Shown here: in pieces, positions 1 to 13,300 of the stretch | Layout of the letters: each line of letters opens with the position of its first letter | Numbering within the stretch: position 1 is the first letter of the stretch | Assembly (NCBI RefSeq): GCF_964355755.1 | Contig: NC_092676.1 | Span: 2,051,788 to 2,115,787, forward strand | From: Antedon mediterranea | Lineage: Eukaryota > Animalia > Echinodermata | DNA: 64,000 nucleotides | Direction: 5' to 3' | The notes under the pieces: model-generated | The model's database searches: none | Seen by the model: only the letters and a program-made list of their open reading frames with translations | What the model was told of the DNA's origin: nothing | Program-made: the position numbers and the translations under genes

Positions 1-263
1 CTGTAGGAAAAAAATTAAAATTAATTATTTCACTTATAAAAAGATAAAAGAAATGGTTAATTTTTACCAAAAATCATTGTCTGACAATTTGGGTATTTTT
101 TCTTTAAATTACATTTTTTCGGAAAATAATTTTTTTTGGGATCTAGTTTTTAGTTAAAGTCAATAACTATTGTGACATTAAAATGGCATATTCAACCCCA
201 AAAAATTGGGAAAAAATTATTTTTGTAGGTGGACAATATATATTTAACACTTGAATCTTGTAG

Positions 264-1343
264 GTACCACAATACCTGTATCCTACTGACAGTACACCAG
301 AGTATTCCTCCATCCTGGTTCCAAATGTCGACAACATCCGTACAGACTTCCTGATCAACACCATCGCTAAGCAAGAGAAAGGAGTGCTTCTGATTGGTGA
401 ACAGGGAACAGCAAAGACGGTCATGATTAAAGGATATTGTAACAATTATGACCCAGAGCAACATTTGGCAAAGAGTGTCAACTTTTCCTCAGCCACAACA
501 CCAAATATGTTTCAGGTATTTAATGCATCATCACGAATGGTGTACGTCTTGTGACTTGGCTTGTATTGTAATAGCGCATTTAACAAGACTTTTCCAATAA
601 GTGATTATCGGCCATGGACTTAATAACTTTATAACTCTACAAAAACTAGACTGGAATATCTCCTAAAACAAAACTTTTCTTATGCATAAAAATGTCCCAA
701 ATTCTTTCCTATTAAAACATACATTTGGAAAACCAGCGTTAGTATTATCCTTTTGAAAATCCAGCAAATGCACTACCCACTATAAATTTCTGTGTAATCA
801 ATATAATGTAAGCAGTTTAAATAAAAGGTTTAATTACTGAGTTTTTTATCCTGAGTCTTCTTGTGTTTTAGCGTACTGTTGAAAGTTATGTTGACAAACG
901 TGTTGGTACAACATACGGGCCTCCTGCTGGAAAGAAGATGACAGTCTTTATTGATGATATCAACATGCCAGTCATCAATGAATGGGGTGATCAGGTAAAG
1001 AACATACTTCATATTTTGTATTTTAAGTTTTCAAGTTTCATAACATTAAAAAATATAAAGAATAGGTCAGAGGTCAGAGTTTGAAGGCAGATGGCCTGAA
1101 AGATGAAGAAAAACATGTTGTGTTGGACAAGCCTTAAAAAAAATATTGAATAGACTAACTAGATGAATGAACAATGGTATAGATAAAGAAGAATGAATTG
1201 AATTGAAATATTTATATTGGCCGACCTCTTCAGTCAAAGACTGATCTCCCAGAGGGCCCAGTCATGATCAGTGGCTGTGATGTAATAGTACTCCAGGGTA
1301 ACCCCCTACTCGTCTCGAAAGATATGAGCTAGATGTGTACACT

Positions 1344-1377
<34 letters not shown>

Positions 1378-4300
1378 TCGTTCTACCACCAGAACTATGG
1401 AGCGAGTAAGCCTTGAACCCTTGCCGATGGTATGGCTACTGTACGTAATCAGGTTCCACTGTCTTAACCGCTCAGTCACATATATAAAGATTGAATATCA
1501 TAGGCGGATTTGAGGTGTTTGAGGGATGGGAGATGATATTTCAAAAAAATCCTGGGTCTGCCACCGGTGGTTTAATACTACAAATCCAGCCTAGTAATAT
1601 GGAGGTCATGGGTTCAAGTCTACTATTTACATATCTTATTTTTCTTTAGATCACCAATGAAATTGTAAGACAAGTGATGGAGAACAGAGGGTTTTACAAC
1701 TTAGAGAAGCCTGGTGATTTTACCAACATTGTAGACATCCAGTATATCGCTGCTATGATCCAACCTGGTGGAGGACGTAACGACATCCCTCAGCGTCTTA
1801 AACGACAGTTTAACGTCTTCAATTCCACGCTGCCTTCCAATCAGTCCATTGATAAGATCTTCTCGACTGTAGGGACAGGTCATTATTGTAAGGTGAGATG
1901 TTTTATTTATTTATTCTTTTTACTGGGTGACCTCTTCAGTAAAAAAGCTGTTCGCCCAGTACACAAAACAGTAAAATTACAAAAGAAAAAACAGACCAGA
2001 TTACAGTTTTTAACTTAAAACAGCACATTGATATTTTTTTAATTTTAATCCATGCTAGTATAAAACAAAGCAAAACAAGGAAAAAAGCTTTTACAAATAA
2101 AGGTCCCTTAAAAAAGAGATATTAATGTTTTGTATATCCAAAGGCAAATTACTGAAAAAATATTAAAATATTTTTTAATATATAGTACAGAATATTGTAT
2201 TATTATGGTTACAACCTCTAAGTTTGAGACAAAAATATTTTATTACAATCTGTATAAAATAGTAATTTAACTACTTTTATATTATAGTATTTTATTATAA
2301 TATTTATGCTAATTTCAATTTTTTGTAGGAGAGAGAATTCTCTGATGAAGTCATTGACCTTGCCGCTATGCTAGTCTCTTGTACCAGACATCTATGGCAG
2401 AGTGTTAAAGTAAAGATGTTACCAACTCCAGCAAAATTCCATTACATTTTTAATTTGAGAGATCTTTCCAGAATCTGGCAGGTATGTACATTTTTAATTG
2501 AAAACCCCTAATATTATAATGAAACAATCCATATAAATTCAAAAATTAATTAATAATTTACTCATTTTGACTGTAACATTTTCTGTATAGGGTATGTTGA
2601 ACACCAACAGTGAGGTTGTGTGTAACCAGTCAGTGTTACTAGCATTATGGAAGCATGAATGCAACAGGGTTATTGCTGATAGGTTCACCAACCAAGAAGA
2701 TAAGAATTGGTTTGAAGCACAAATCAAAAAGGTATGTAAATAGATACTTGGGACAGCGACCTCGGTTTGAGAAGTTATTGTTCCCAGAGTTATTTCATCC
2801 CTTTAGGATGACAAACATAGAAAAGTATTTTTAATTTGTTTTGTGATTTTGCTTCAAATTATGTGAAATTGTTGTTCTTTGATATCAAAACTAATTTTGA
2901 TTAACACAAAACTAACCACAATACAAAAAAGCAATCCTTGTCTCCAGACAACCTGCTTTATTTAATTGACAAGATAATTCATAATCGTTTGTGTTATTTT
3001 TAGTAATGAAGTAAGTTAGTATTATAGGTTTGGTTTCGGTTTTACAAACCTAAACTGATTTTTTAAATATGCTATTCACTAAAGTGTAACAATCTTTTTA
3101 TTGCATCATGAGGACATTTTCATGATGACACCATGTGAACCTTGTTTACAGGATTTTAATGAAATTTTAAAAGAAATTATAGCCCTGCATTTATTCTAAT
3201 ACATTTATTTATTTATGTTTTTGCTCATGAAAAGTTAAAAATATATTTTGGTCAGTATTGTAGTATCAATCAGCTGTCATAGTCATTTTGTCTCTCTGTT
3301 TTTTCTTCTTCTTGTATATTGTACCTCTTGTTTTTAATCACAGTTTCATATCTAGCATAGGAATGTTCTGTTTGTTCTGCTGCATGATCATCAATTGAAC
3401 AGTAAATCTCATTTTTTTCAATAGTGTCACCGACACTAATGGTTTCAATGTTATTTTGATAGTGCACAACAGGTACAGGTGTGTTGTGATGTTTTCTCTT
3501 TTGTTGATCATAACAACACACAACAAACACAAGTAAAACTATCAGTATGATGTTACTTGTTACCAGTATTATGGTTATTGTATTAGCTGTCATTCTTTCT
3601 GTTGGCATGTCATATTTGATATCTCGAGATGTTGTCAGTCTGTCTGTCGGCACAACATCATTACGAATAACTTGTGATGTTGTTAGTCTGTCTGTTAGCT
3701 TGGCATCTTCAATTGTGAATGTTATCTCATTAGATCTGCTCTGAACATCAGTACTCACCAGGCACTTCACAGTGTAGTTACCAGCTGGTAAATTACCAAA
3801 GCATCTTTCATCAGTTTCATTGTAATACTGATACCTAGCTTCCTCCCCATTCAAACTCCAATTATAAATTGTTCTGTCACCAGATCCACCTTCTGCAAAG
3901 CACTTAAAGCAATTCTGGTTCACATCATTATCAGGTGTTTCATATAACCTCTTAACCTCTAGCTTTAACTGAGGGTAAACCGTCAATATCAATGTGTAGC
4001 ACCCGATACCCACATATGTTCTGTTTTTAATAGAAATACAGTAGACAAATATTCCTTCTCCAGAATGAAAACCTTTTTAAAGTCAAAGTAATTTCAATGT
4101 CAGTATCTGCTTGATGAGACTGTGTGATGTGGTACTTTCCTTGGATCCAACCAATTATCACTGCATATTGGAGATTATCATATTTTCTGATGTCACATGA
4201 AATAGATACTTCTTCTCCTTCAATCATGTCTTTCATATTGTCACAATGAAGTTTTACATACCGTGGTTGGCGTCTGCTCGGTGTAACATCTGATGAAGGA

Positions 4301-7300
4301 ACTAAATATTGTAAACTATAATCATCTTGACATGTTCGTATTCCTGTTTGTTGACCAAAAGAAATTAAGCATACGCAGTTCAAATTTAAATCTTTTCCCA
4401 ACAAATCAAGAGTTTCCTGTTTTTCATTTGATGATTTAATTGTCACAGATGACTTCATGTATGATTGGTAATACAACTTTCTGTCAAATTGTACCAACTG
4501 TCTTGAAACTCCATATCTGAATATCAACAAACAAGTCACCAACAAGTTGAAGAATTTCAAAGTCATCTTTAAAAACCTCTCTGTATTGTATATTCATTTC
4601 TTGCATTTTGTAACCTCTTGTTTTCAATCACAGTGTCAGAGCTAACATATACATTTTCAGCTTGTTCTGTTATGTTATCATCAACTGAACAGTAAATCTC
4701 ATTTTCTGTCATTATGTTTGAAACGTCAGTAGTTTTACCAATGCTAATGGTGTCATTATTACTTTGATAGTGTACAGCAGGTACAGATGTCTTCTGCAGT
4801 TTCCTCTTCTGTTGTTCATAACAACACACAACAAACACAAGTAACACTATCAGTATGACATTACTTGTTAACGATATTTTAGTTATCTTATTAGCTGTCA
4901 TGGTTTCTGTTGGATCGTCATATTTGATATCTCGAGATGTTGTCGGTCTATCTGTTGGCATGCCATCTTTAATTGTGAATTCTATCTCATCAGATCTGTT
5001 CTGAACATCAGTACTCACCAGACACTTAACAGTGTAGTTACCAGCTGGTAGATTACCAAAGCATCTTTTATCAGTTTCATTGTAATACTGATACTTGAAT
5101 TCCTCTCCATTCAAACTCCAATTATAAATTGTTCTGTCACCAGATCTACCTTCTGCATAGCACTTGAAGCAATTCTGGTTCACATCAACTTCAGGTGTCT
5201 CACATAGCTTCATAACATCTACCTTTAATTGAGGGTGAACCAGCAATTCCAATGTGTAGCACTCAATACTCACATATGAACCTTGGTTATTTGAAAAACA
5301 GTAGAAAAATATTCCTTCTCCGGAATGAAATCCTTTTACAGTCTGATTAATGGTTGTAGTGTTGTCAGTATCTAGAAGATGAAATTGTGTGATATGGTGC
5401 TGTCTTTGGATCCAGCCAATTGTGATATCATATTGGATGTTGTCATATTTCCTGATATCACATGACATGTTTACTTCCTCTCCTTCAGTTATGTCTTTCA
5501 TATCTTTGTCACAGTAAAGTTTTACATACAGTGGTTGATGTGGGCTCCATGTGACCTCTGATGAAGGTACCACATAGTGTGAATTATAATCATCTTGGCA
5601 TGTGTATATTCCTTTTTCTTGACCAAAAGAAATAAAAAGTTGGCATTTAACTATTAAATCTTTTCCCGGCAATACAACTGTTTTTTGTTCATTTGATGGA
5701 ATAATTGTCACAGGTTGTGGCTTAGTAGACCAGTAATAAAAACCTCTTTCAAATTGTACCAACTCTCTTGAAGCTCCATGTCTGAATATTAATAAACAGA
5801 TCACCAACAGGTTACAGAATTTCAAAGTCATCTTTAAAACCTCTCAGTATTGTTTGTGAAAATATACCATTCTAGTTCCCGATGTGGCCAGCGATAAGAC
5901 TGAATTGATGTTTGTATTTTTATAGGTTTATAATATTGTAATATTTAGTATTTTGAGTTTTGGTTTTTGTTGCTACTGTAATCTCGAAACTAATTTTGTG
6001 AAGAATAATATTTACATGAGCTAACATAGTCATTCTGTCTCTCTGTTCTCATTTCCTGCATTTTGTAACCTCTTGTTTTCAATCACAGTGTCACAGCTAA
6101 CATAGTCAGTCTGTTCTGTTGACTCTCTGTTCTCATTTCTTGCATTTTGTAACCTTTTGTTTTCAATCACAGTGTCAAAGGTAACATAAGAGTCCCAAGT
6201 TTATTCTTTTGTATGATCATCAATTGAACAGTAAAGCTCATTCTTTTCAACCGTTTTTGAAACATTCAAAGTGCCACCAACACTAATTGTGTCATTATTA
6301 CTTTGATAGTGCACAACAGGTACAGGTGTGTTGTGATGTTTCCTCTTTTGTTGTTCATAACAACACACAACACACACAAGTAAAACTATCAGTATGATGT
6401 TACTTGTTGCCAGTATTAGGATTATTGTATTAGCTGTCATGGTTTCTGTTGTCAAGACACATTTGATATCTTGAGATGTTGTCATTCTGTCTCTTGTCAT
6501 GACATCTTCAATTGTGAATGTTATCTCATCAGATCTGTTCTGAACATCAGTACTCACCAGACATTTAACAGTGTAGTTACCAGCTGGTAAATTACTAAAG
6601 CATCTTTCATCGGGTTCATTGTAATTCTTGAATTCCTCTCCATTCAAATTCCAATTATAAATTCTCTTGTCACCAGAGCCACCGTCTGCATAATAACACT
6701 TGAAGCAGTTCTGGTTCACATCAACTTTACATGTTTCATATAACCTTTTAACCTCTACCTTTAATTGAGGGTGAACCAGCAATATCAGTGTGTAGCACCA
6801 AACTGCTTTATAATTAAGTGAAATACAGTAGAAAAATATTCCTTCTCCGGAATGAAATCCTTTTACAGTCTGATTAATTGTTGTAATGTTGTCAGTATCT
6901 AGAAGATGAAATTGTGTGATGTAGTTTTTTCCTTGGATCCAACCAATTGTGATGTCATATTGAATTTGGTCATATTTCCTGATGTCACATGAAATGTTTA
7001 CTTCCTCTCCTTCAATGATGTCTTTCATGTTGTCACAGTAAAGTTTTACATAGAATGATTGACTTCTGCTCTGTGTAACATTTGAGGAAAGAACCAAGTA
7101 TTGTAAATTATCATCATCTTGACATGTGTATATTCCATTTTGTTGATCAAAAGAAATAAAAAGTGGGCATTTAACTATGAAATCTTTTCCTGGAAATACA
7201 AGCGTGTTCTGTTTACTTGATGGTGTAATTGTCACAGGTTGTAGCTTAGTGTGTGATTGGTAATCAAAACCTCTGTCAAATTGTACCAACTCTCTTGAAG

Positions 7301-10300
7301 ATCCATGTCTGAATATCAACAAGCAAGTCATCACCAACAGATTAAAGAATTTTAAAGTCATCTTTAGCATCCTCTCTGTATTTTTTGTGAAAATCCAATC
7401 TCTGAGACTGAAGTGATGTTTGTAGTTGTATAGGTTTATAATACATGGAAACACAAAAGGAAATACAGTATTTAGTATCTGAGTTTTGTTTTTGTTGCTG
7501 CTGTAATATCGAAACTAATTTTGTGAAGAATAATATTTACATGAGCTAACACAGTCAGTCTGTCTCTCTGTTCTAATTTCTTGCATTTTGTAACCTTTTG
7601 TTTTCAATCACAATGTCAAAGGTGACATAGGAGTGCTATGTTTATTCTGCTGTATGATTGCATTTATTTGTTTGAAAAAAACATTTAAGACTTCTAAAAA
7701 GTCAATGATGCTCTATATCTCGCAAGCCAGAAGTCAGTTGAATAGTAAATCTCATTCTTTTCAATATCAATGTGTAGCACCCAATACCCACATATGTTCT
7801 GTTTTTAATAGAAATACAGTAGACAAATATTCCTTCTCCAGAATGAAAACCTTTTAAAGTCAAAGTAATTTCAATGTCAGTATCTGCTTGATGAGACTGT
7901 GTAATGTTTTACTTTCCTTGGATCCAACCAATTGTCACTGCATATTGATGATGTCATATTTTCTGATGTCACATGAAATATTTACTTCCTCTCCTGTAAT
8001 GATGTCTTTCCTAATATTGTTACAGTAAAGGTACTGTGACTGGCGTGTGCTCATTGTAACATCTTGTGTAGAAACCAAATATTATATCATCTTGACATGT
8101 GTGTATTCTTGTTTGTTGACCAAAAGAAATTAAGCATAAGCATTTCAAATTAAATCTTTTCCCACCAAATCACAAGTTTCCTCTTTTTCATTTGATAAAA
8201 TAAAGTGTCACTGATAGTGATAGTGTAAGATTGATAATAAAACTTTCTTTCAAATTGTACTGTCGTAAAGCTTTGAATATCAACAAGCAGATCACCAACA
8301 GGTTAAAGACCTCTCTGTATTGTTTGTGAAAATTCATCCTCTGTTTGTATTTGTATATGTTTATAATATTTAAAATAAACAAAAGAAAATAATTAGTATT
8401 TGAGTTTTGGTTTTTGTTGCTAATAGGCATATATCAAAACTAATTTTGCGAAAGTAAGTAGGTAATATTTATTGCTTTTTGCTTGCTTTCTTTTCTATTT
8501 CTTGCATTTTGTAACCTTTTGTTTCAAATCACAGTGTCAAAGGTAACATAGGAGTCCCATGTTTATTCATCTGTATGATCATCAATTGAACAGTAAACCT
8601 CATGTTCTGCATTAATTTGCTGAACATCAGAAGTGTTACCAACACTAATTGTGTCAATGTTACTTTGATAGTGCACAACTGGTACAGGTGTGTTGTGATG
8701 TTTCCTCTTTTGTTGTTCATAACAACACACAACAAACACAAGTAAAACTATCAGTATGATGTTACTTGTTACTATTATGGTTATCTTATTGGCCTTCTTT
8801 GTAGCTGTTGTCATGTCATCTTTAATTGTAAATGCTATCTCATCAGATCTGTTTTGAACATCAGTACTCACCAGACACTTCACAGTGTATTCACCAGCTG
8901 TTAAATTACCAAAGCACCTTTCAACAGTTTCATAGAAACGATACTGGAATTCCTCTCCTCTCAAACTCCAATTAAAAATCTTTTTACCAGATCCACCTTC
9001 TGCATAACACTTGAAGCAATTCTGGTTCACATCAACTTCATATACCCTTGTGATCTTTACCATTAATTGTGGGTGAACCGCCATAACCAATTGATAGCAA
9101 TACAGTAGAAAAACATCCCTTGTCCAGAATGAAAACATTTAAGAGTCTGAATAATTGTAATGTCAGTATCCGTATGATGAGTCTGTATAATGTTGTGATT
9201 TCCTTGAACCCAAATAGTTGTCACTTCATATTGGATGTTGTCATCTTTTCTGATCAAGTCACATGAAATGTGTACTTCCTCGCCTTCAACGATGTCCCTC
9301 ATACCGTCACAATAGAGGTTTACAAGTTCTGGTTGAGATGTGGTATATGTCACACCCGGCAATGTATAAATAGTATGTTGAAAATTATCATCAAATTGAC
9401 ATAAGTATAGTCCGTGATTAGAACCAAACAATGAAAAGTGGACATTTAACTGTTTCATATTTTCCTGAACGATTAACACTCTTTCGTTTCATTACTGGTG
9501 TGATTGCAATGTTTACCTTACTTGTTGATGAGTACTGAAATTTGTAACTAAATTTTACCAAACTTCTTGAAGCTCCTCCATGTCTGAATATCAACAAGCA
9601 AGTCATCACCAACAGATTAACAATTTTTAAAGTCATCTTTAAAACCTCTCTGTATTGTTTGTGAAAACACACCCTTCTAGTTCCAGATGTGGCCAGCAAT
9701 AAGACTGAATTGATGTTTCTATTTTTATAGGTTTATAATATTGTAATATTTAGTATTTTGAGTTTTGGTTTTTGTTGCTACTGTAATATCGAAACTAATT
9801 TTGTGAAGAATAATATCTACATGAGCTAACATGGTCATTCTGTCTCTCTGTTCTCATTTCTTGCATTTTGTAACCTTTTGTTTCCAATCACAGTGTCAAA
9901 GGTGACATAAGAGTGCTATGTTTATTCTGCTGTATGATTATCAATTGAACAGTAAAGCTCATTCTTTTCAACAGTTTGCAAAGCATTCAAAGTGTCACCA
10001 ACATTAATTGTATCATTATTACTTTGATAGTGCACAACAGGTACAGGTGTGTTGTGATGTTTCCTCTTTTGTTGTTCATAACAACACACAACAAACATGA
10101 GTAAAACTATCAGTATCATGTTACTTGTTACCAGTATTATAGTTATTGTATTAACTGTCATGGTTTCTGTTGTTGTGTAATGTTTTCCTTGGATTCAACC
10201 AATTGCGATGTCATATTGGATGTTGTCATTTTTCCTGATGTCACATGACATGTTTACTTCCTCTCCTTCAATCATGTCTTTCATATTGTCACAGTAAAGT

Positions 10301-13300
10301 TTTACATACCGTGGTTGATGTGGGCTCCATGTAACATCTGATGAAGGTACCACATAGTGTGAATTATCATCATCGTGGCATGTGTATATTCCTTTTTCTT
10401 GAACAAAAGAAATAAAAAGTTGGCATTTGACTTTGAAATCTTTTAATGGCATTACAAGCGTTTTCTGTTTATTTGATGGTGTAATTGTCACAGGTTGTAG
10501 CTTAGTGTATGATTGGTAATAAAAACCTCGGTCAAATTGTACCAACTGTCATGAAGCTCCATGTCTGAATATCAACAAGCAAGTCACCACCAACAGGTTA
10601 AAGAATTTCAAAGTCATCTTTAGAAACCTCTCTGTATTGTTTGTGAAAATCCAAATCCTCAGTTCCTGATGTGGCCAGAGACTAAAGTGATGTTTGTATT
10701 TGTATAGTTTTATAATATAGTAACACAAAAAATAATATTTAGTATTTGTGTTTTGTTTTTGTTGCTACTGTAATATCGAAACTAATTTTGTGAAGAATAA
10801 TATTTACATGAGCTAACATAGTCAGTCTGTCTCTCTTTTTTTCATTGCATTTTGTAACATTTTGTTTCCAATCACAGTGTCAAGGGTAACATAGGAGTGC
10901 CATGTTTATTCTGCTGTATGATCATCAATTGAACAGTAAATCTCATTTTTTTCAATGGTTTGCAAAACATTCAAAGTGTCACCAACACTAATTGTGTCAT
11001 TGTTTCTTTGATAGTGCACAACAGGTACAGGTGTGTTGTGATGTTTCCTCTTTTGTTGTTCATGACAACACACAATAAACACAAGTAAAACTATCAGTAT
11101 GATGTTACTTGTTACTAGTATTATGATTATTGTATTAGCTGTCATGATTTCTGTTGTCAAGACACATTTGATATCTTGAGATGTTGTCATTCTGTCTCTT
11201 GTCATAACATCTTCAATTGTGAATGTTATCTCATCAGATCTGTTCTGAACATCAGTACTCACCAGACACTTAACAGTGTAGTTACCAGCTGGTAAATTAC
11301 TAAAGCATCTTTCATCGGGTTCATTGTAATTCTTGAATTCCTCTCCATTCAAATTCCAATTATAAATTCTCTTGTCACCAGAGCCACCGTCTGCATAATA
11401 ACACTTGAAGCAGTTCTGGTTCACATCAACTTTACATGTTTCATATAACCTTTTAACCTCTACCTTTAATTGAGGGTGAACCAGCAATATCAGTGTGTAG
11501 CACCAAACTGCTTTATAATTAAGTGAAATACAGTAGAAAAATATTCCTTCTCCGCCGGAATGAAATCCTTTTACAGTCTGATTAATTGTTGTAGTGTTGT
11601 CAGTATCTAGAAGATGAAATTGTGTGATGTAGTTTTTTCCTTGGATCCAACCAATTGTGATGTCATATTGAATTTGGTCATATTTCCTGATGTCACATGA
11701 AATGTTTACTTCCTCTCCTTCAATGATGTCTTTCATGTTGTCACAGTAAAGTTTTACATACAGTGGTTGATGTGGGCTCCATGTGACCTCTGATGAAGGT
11801 ACCACATAGTGTGAATTATAATCATCTTGGCATGTGTATATTCCTTTTTCTTGACCAAAAGAAATAAAAAGTGGGCATTTAACTATGAAATCTTTTCCTG
11901 GAAATACAAGCGTGTTCTGTTTACTTGATGGTGTAATTGTCACAGGTTGTAGCTTAGTGTGTGATTGGTAATCAAAACCTCTGTCAAATTGTACCAACTC
12001 TCTTGAAGATCCATGTCTGAATATCAACAAGCAAGTCATCACCAACAGATTAAAGAATTTTAAAGTCATCTTTAGCATCCTCTCTGTATTTTTTGTGAAA
12101 ATCCAATCTCTGAGACTGAAGTGATTTTTGTATTTGTATAGGTTTATAATACATGGAAACACAAAAGGAAATACAGTATTTAGTATCTGAGTTTTGTTTT
12201 TGTTGCTGCTGTAATATCGAAACTAATTTTGTGAAGAATAATATTTACATGAGCTAACACAGTCAGTCTGTCTCTCTGTTCTAATTTCTTGCATTTTGTA
12301 ACCTTTTGTTTTCAATCACAATGTCAAAGGTGACATAGGAGTGCTATGTTTATTCTGCTGTATGATTGCATTTATTTGTTTGAAAAAAACATTTAAGACT
12401 TCTAAAAAGTCAATGATGCTCTATATCTCGCAAGCCAGAAGTCAGTTGAATAGTAAATCTCATTCTTTTCAATATCAATGTGTAGCACCCAATACCCACA
12501 TATGTTCTGTTTTTAATAGAAATACAGTAGACAAATATTCCTTCTCCAGAATGAAAACCTTTTAAAGTCAAAGTAATTTCAATGTCAGTATCTGCTTGAT
12601 GAGACTGTGTAATGTTTTACTTTCCTTGGATCCAACCAATTGTCACTGCATATTGATGATGTCATATTTTCTGATGTCACATGAAATATTTACTTCCTCT
12701 CCTGTAATGATGTCTTTCCTAATATTGTTACAGTAAAGGTACTGTGACTGGCGTGTGCTCATTGTAACATCTTGTGTAGAAACCAAATATTATTATCATC
12801 TTGACATGTGTGTATTCTTGTTTGTTGACCAAAAGAAATTAAGCATAAGCATTTCAAATTAAATCTTTTCCCAACAAATCACAAGTTTCCTCTTTTTTAT
12901 TTGATAAAGTAAAGTGTCACTGATAGTGATAGTGTAAGATTGATAATAAAACTTTCTTTCAAATTGTACTGTCGTAAAGATTTGAATATCAACAAGCAGA
13001 TCACCAACAGGTTAAAGACCTCTCTGTATTGTTTGTGAAAATTCATCCTCTGTTTGTATTTGTATATGTTTATAATATTTAAAATAAACAAAAGAAAATA
13101 ATTAGTATTTGAGTTTTGGTTTTTGTTGCTAATAGGCATATCAAAACTAATTTTGCGAAAGTAAGTAGGTAATATTTATTGCTTTTTGCTTGCTTTCTTT
13201 TCTATTTCTTGCATTTTGTAACCTTTTGTTTCAAATCACAGTGTCAAAGGTAACATAGGAGTCCCATGTTTATTCATCTGTATGATCATCAATTGAACAG

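Noticed and set aside
3380-3420. Canonical ITIM or ITAM in the receptor tails
   Set aside because: EIYCSI lacks the hydrophobic -2 residue of an ITIM, and the second Tyr motif does not fit YxxL/I ITAM consensus; reported only as NxxY/YxxI-type Tyr motifs.
4074-4081. Slippery heptamer T TTA AAA as a programmed frameshift repairing U9
   Set aside because: That motif drives -1 shifts; restoring the frame needs +1.
7362-7454. N-terminal extensions of ORFs 6201-7454 and 10906-12162 (MFPCIIN...)
   Set aside because: They begin at a non-ATG codon upstream of the TATA/Inr; the conserved signal peptide starts at MTLK.
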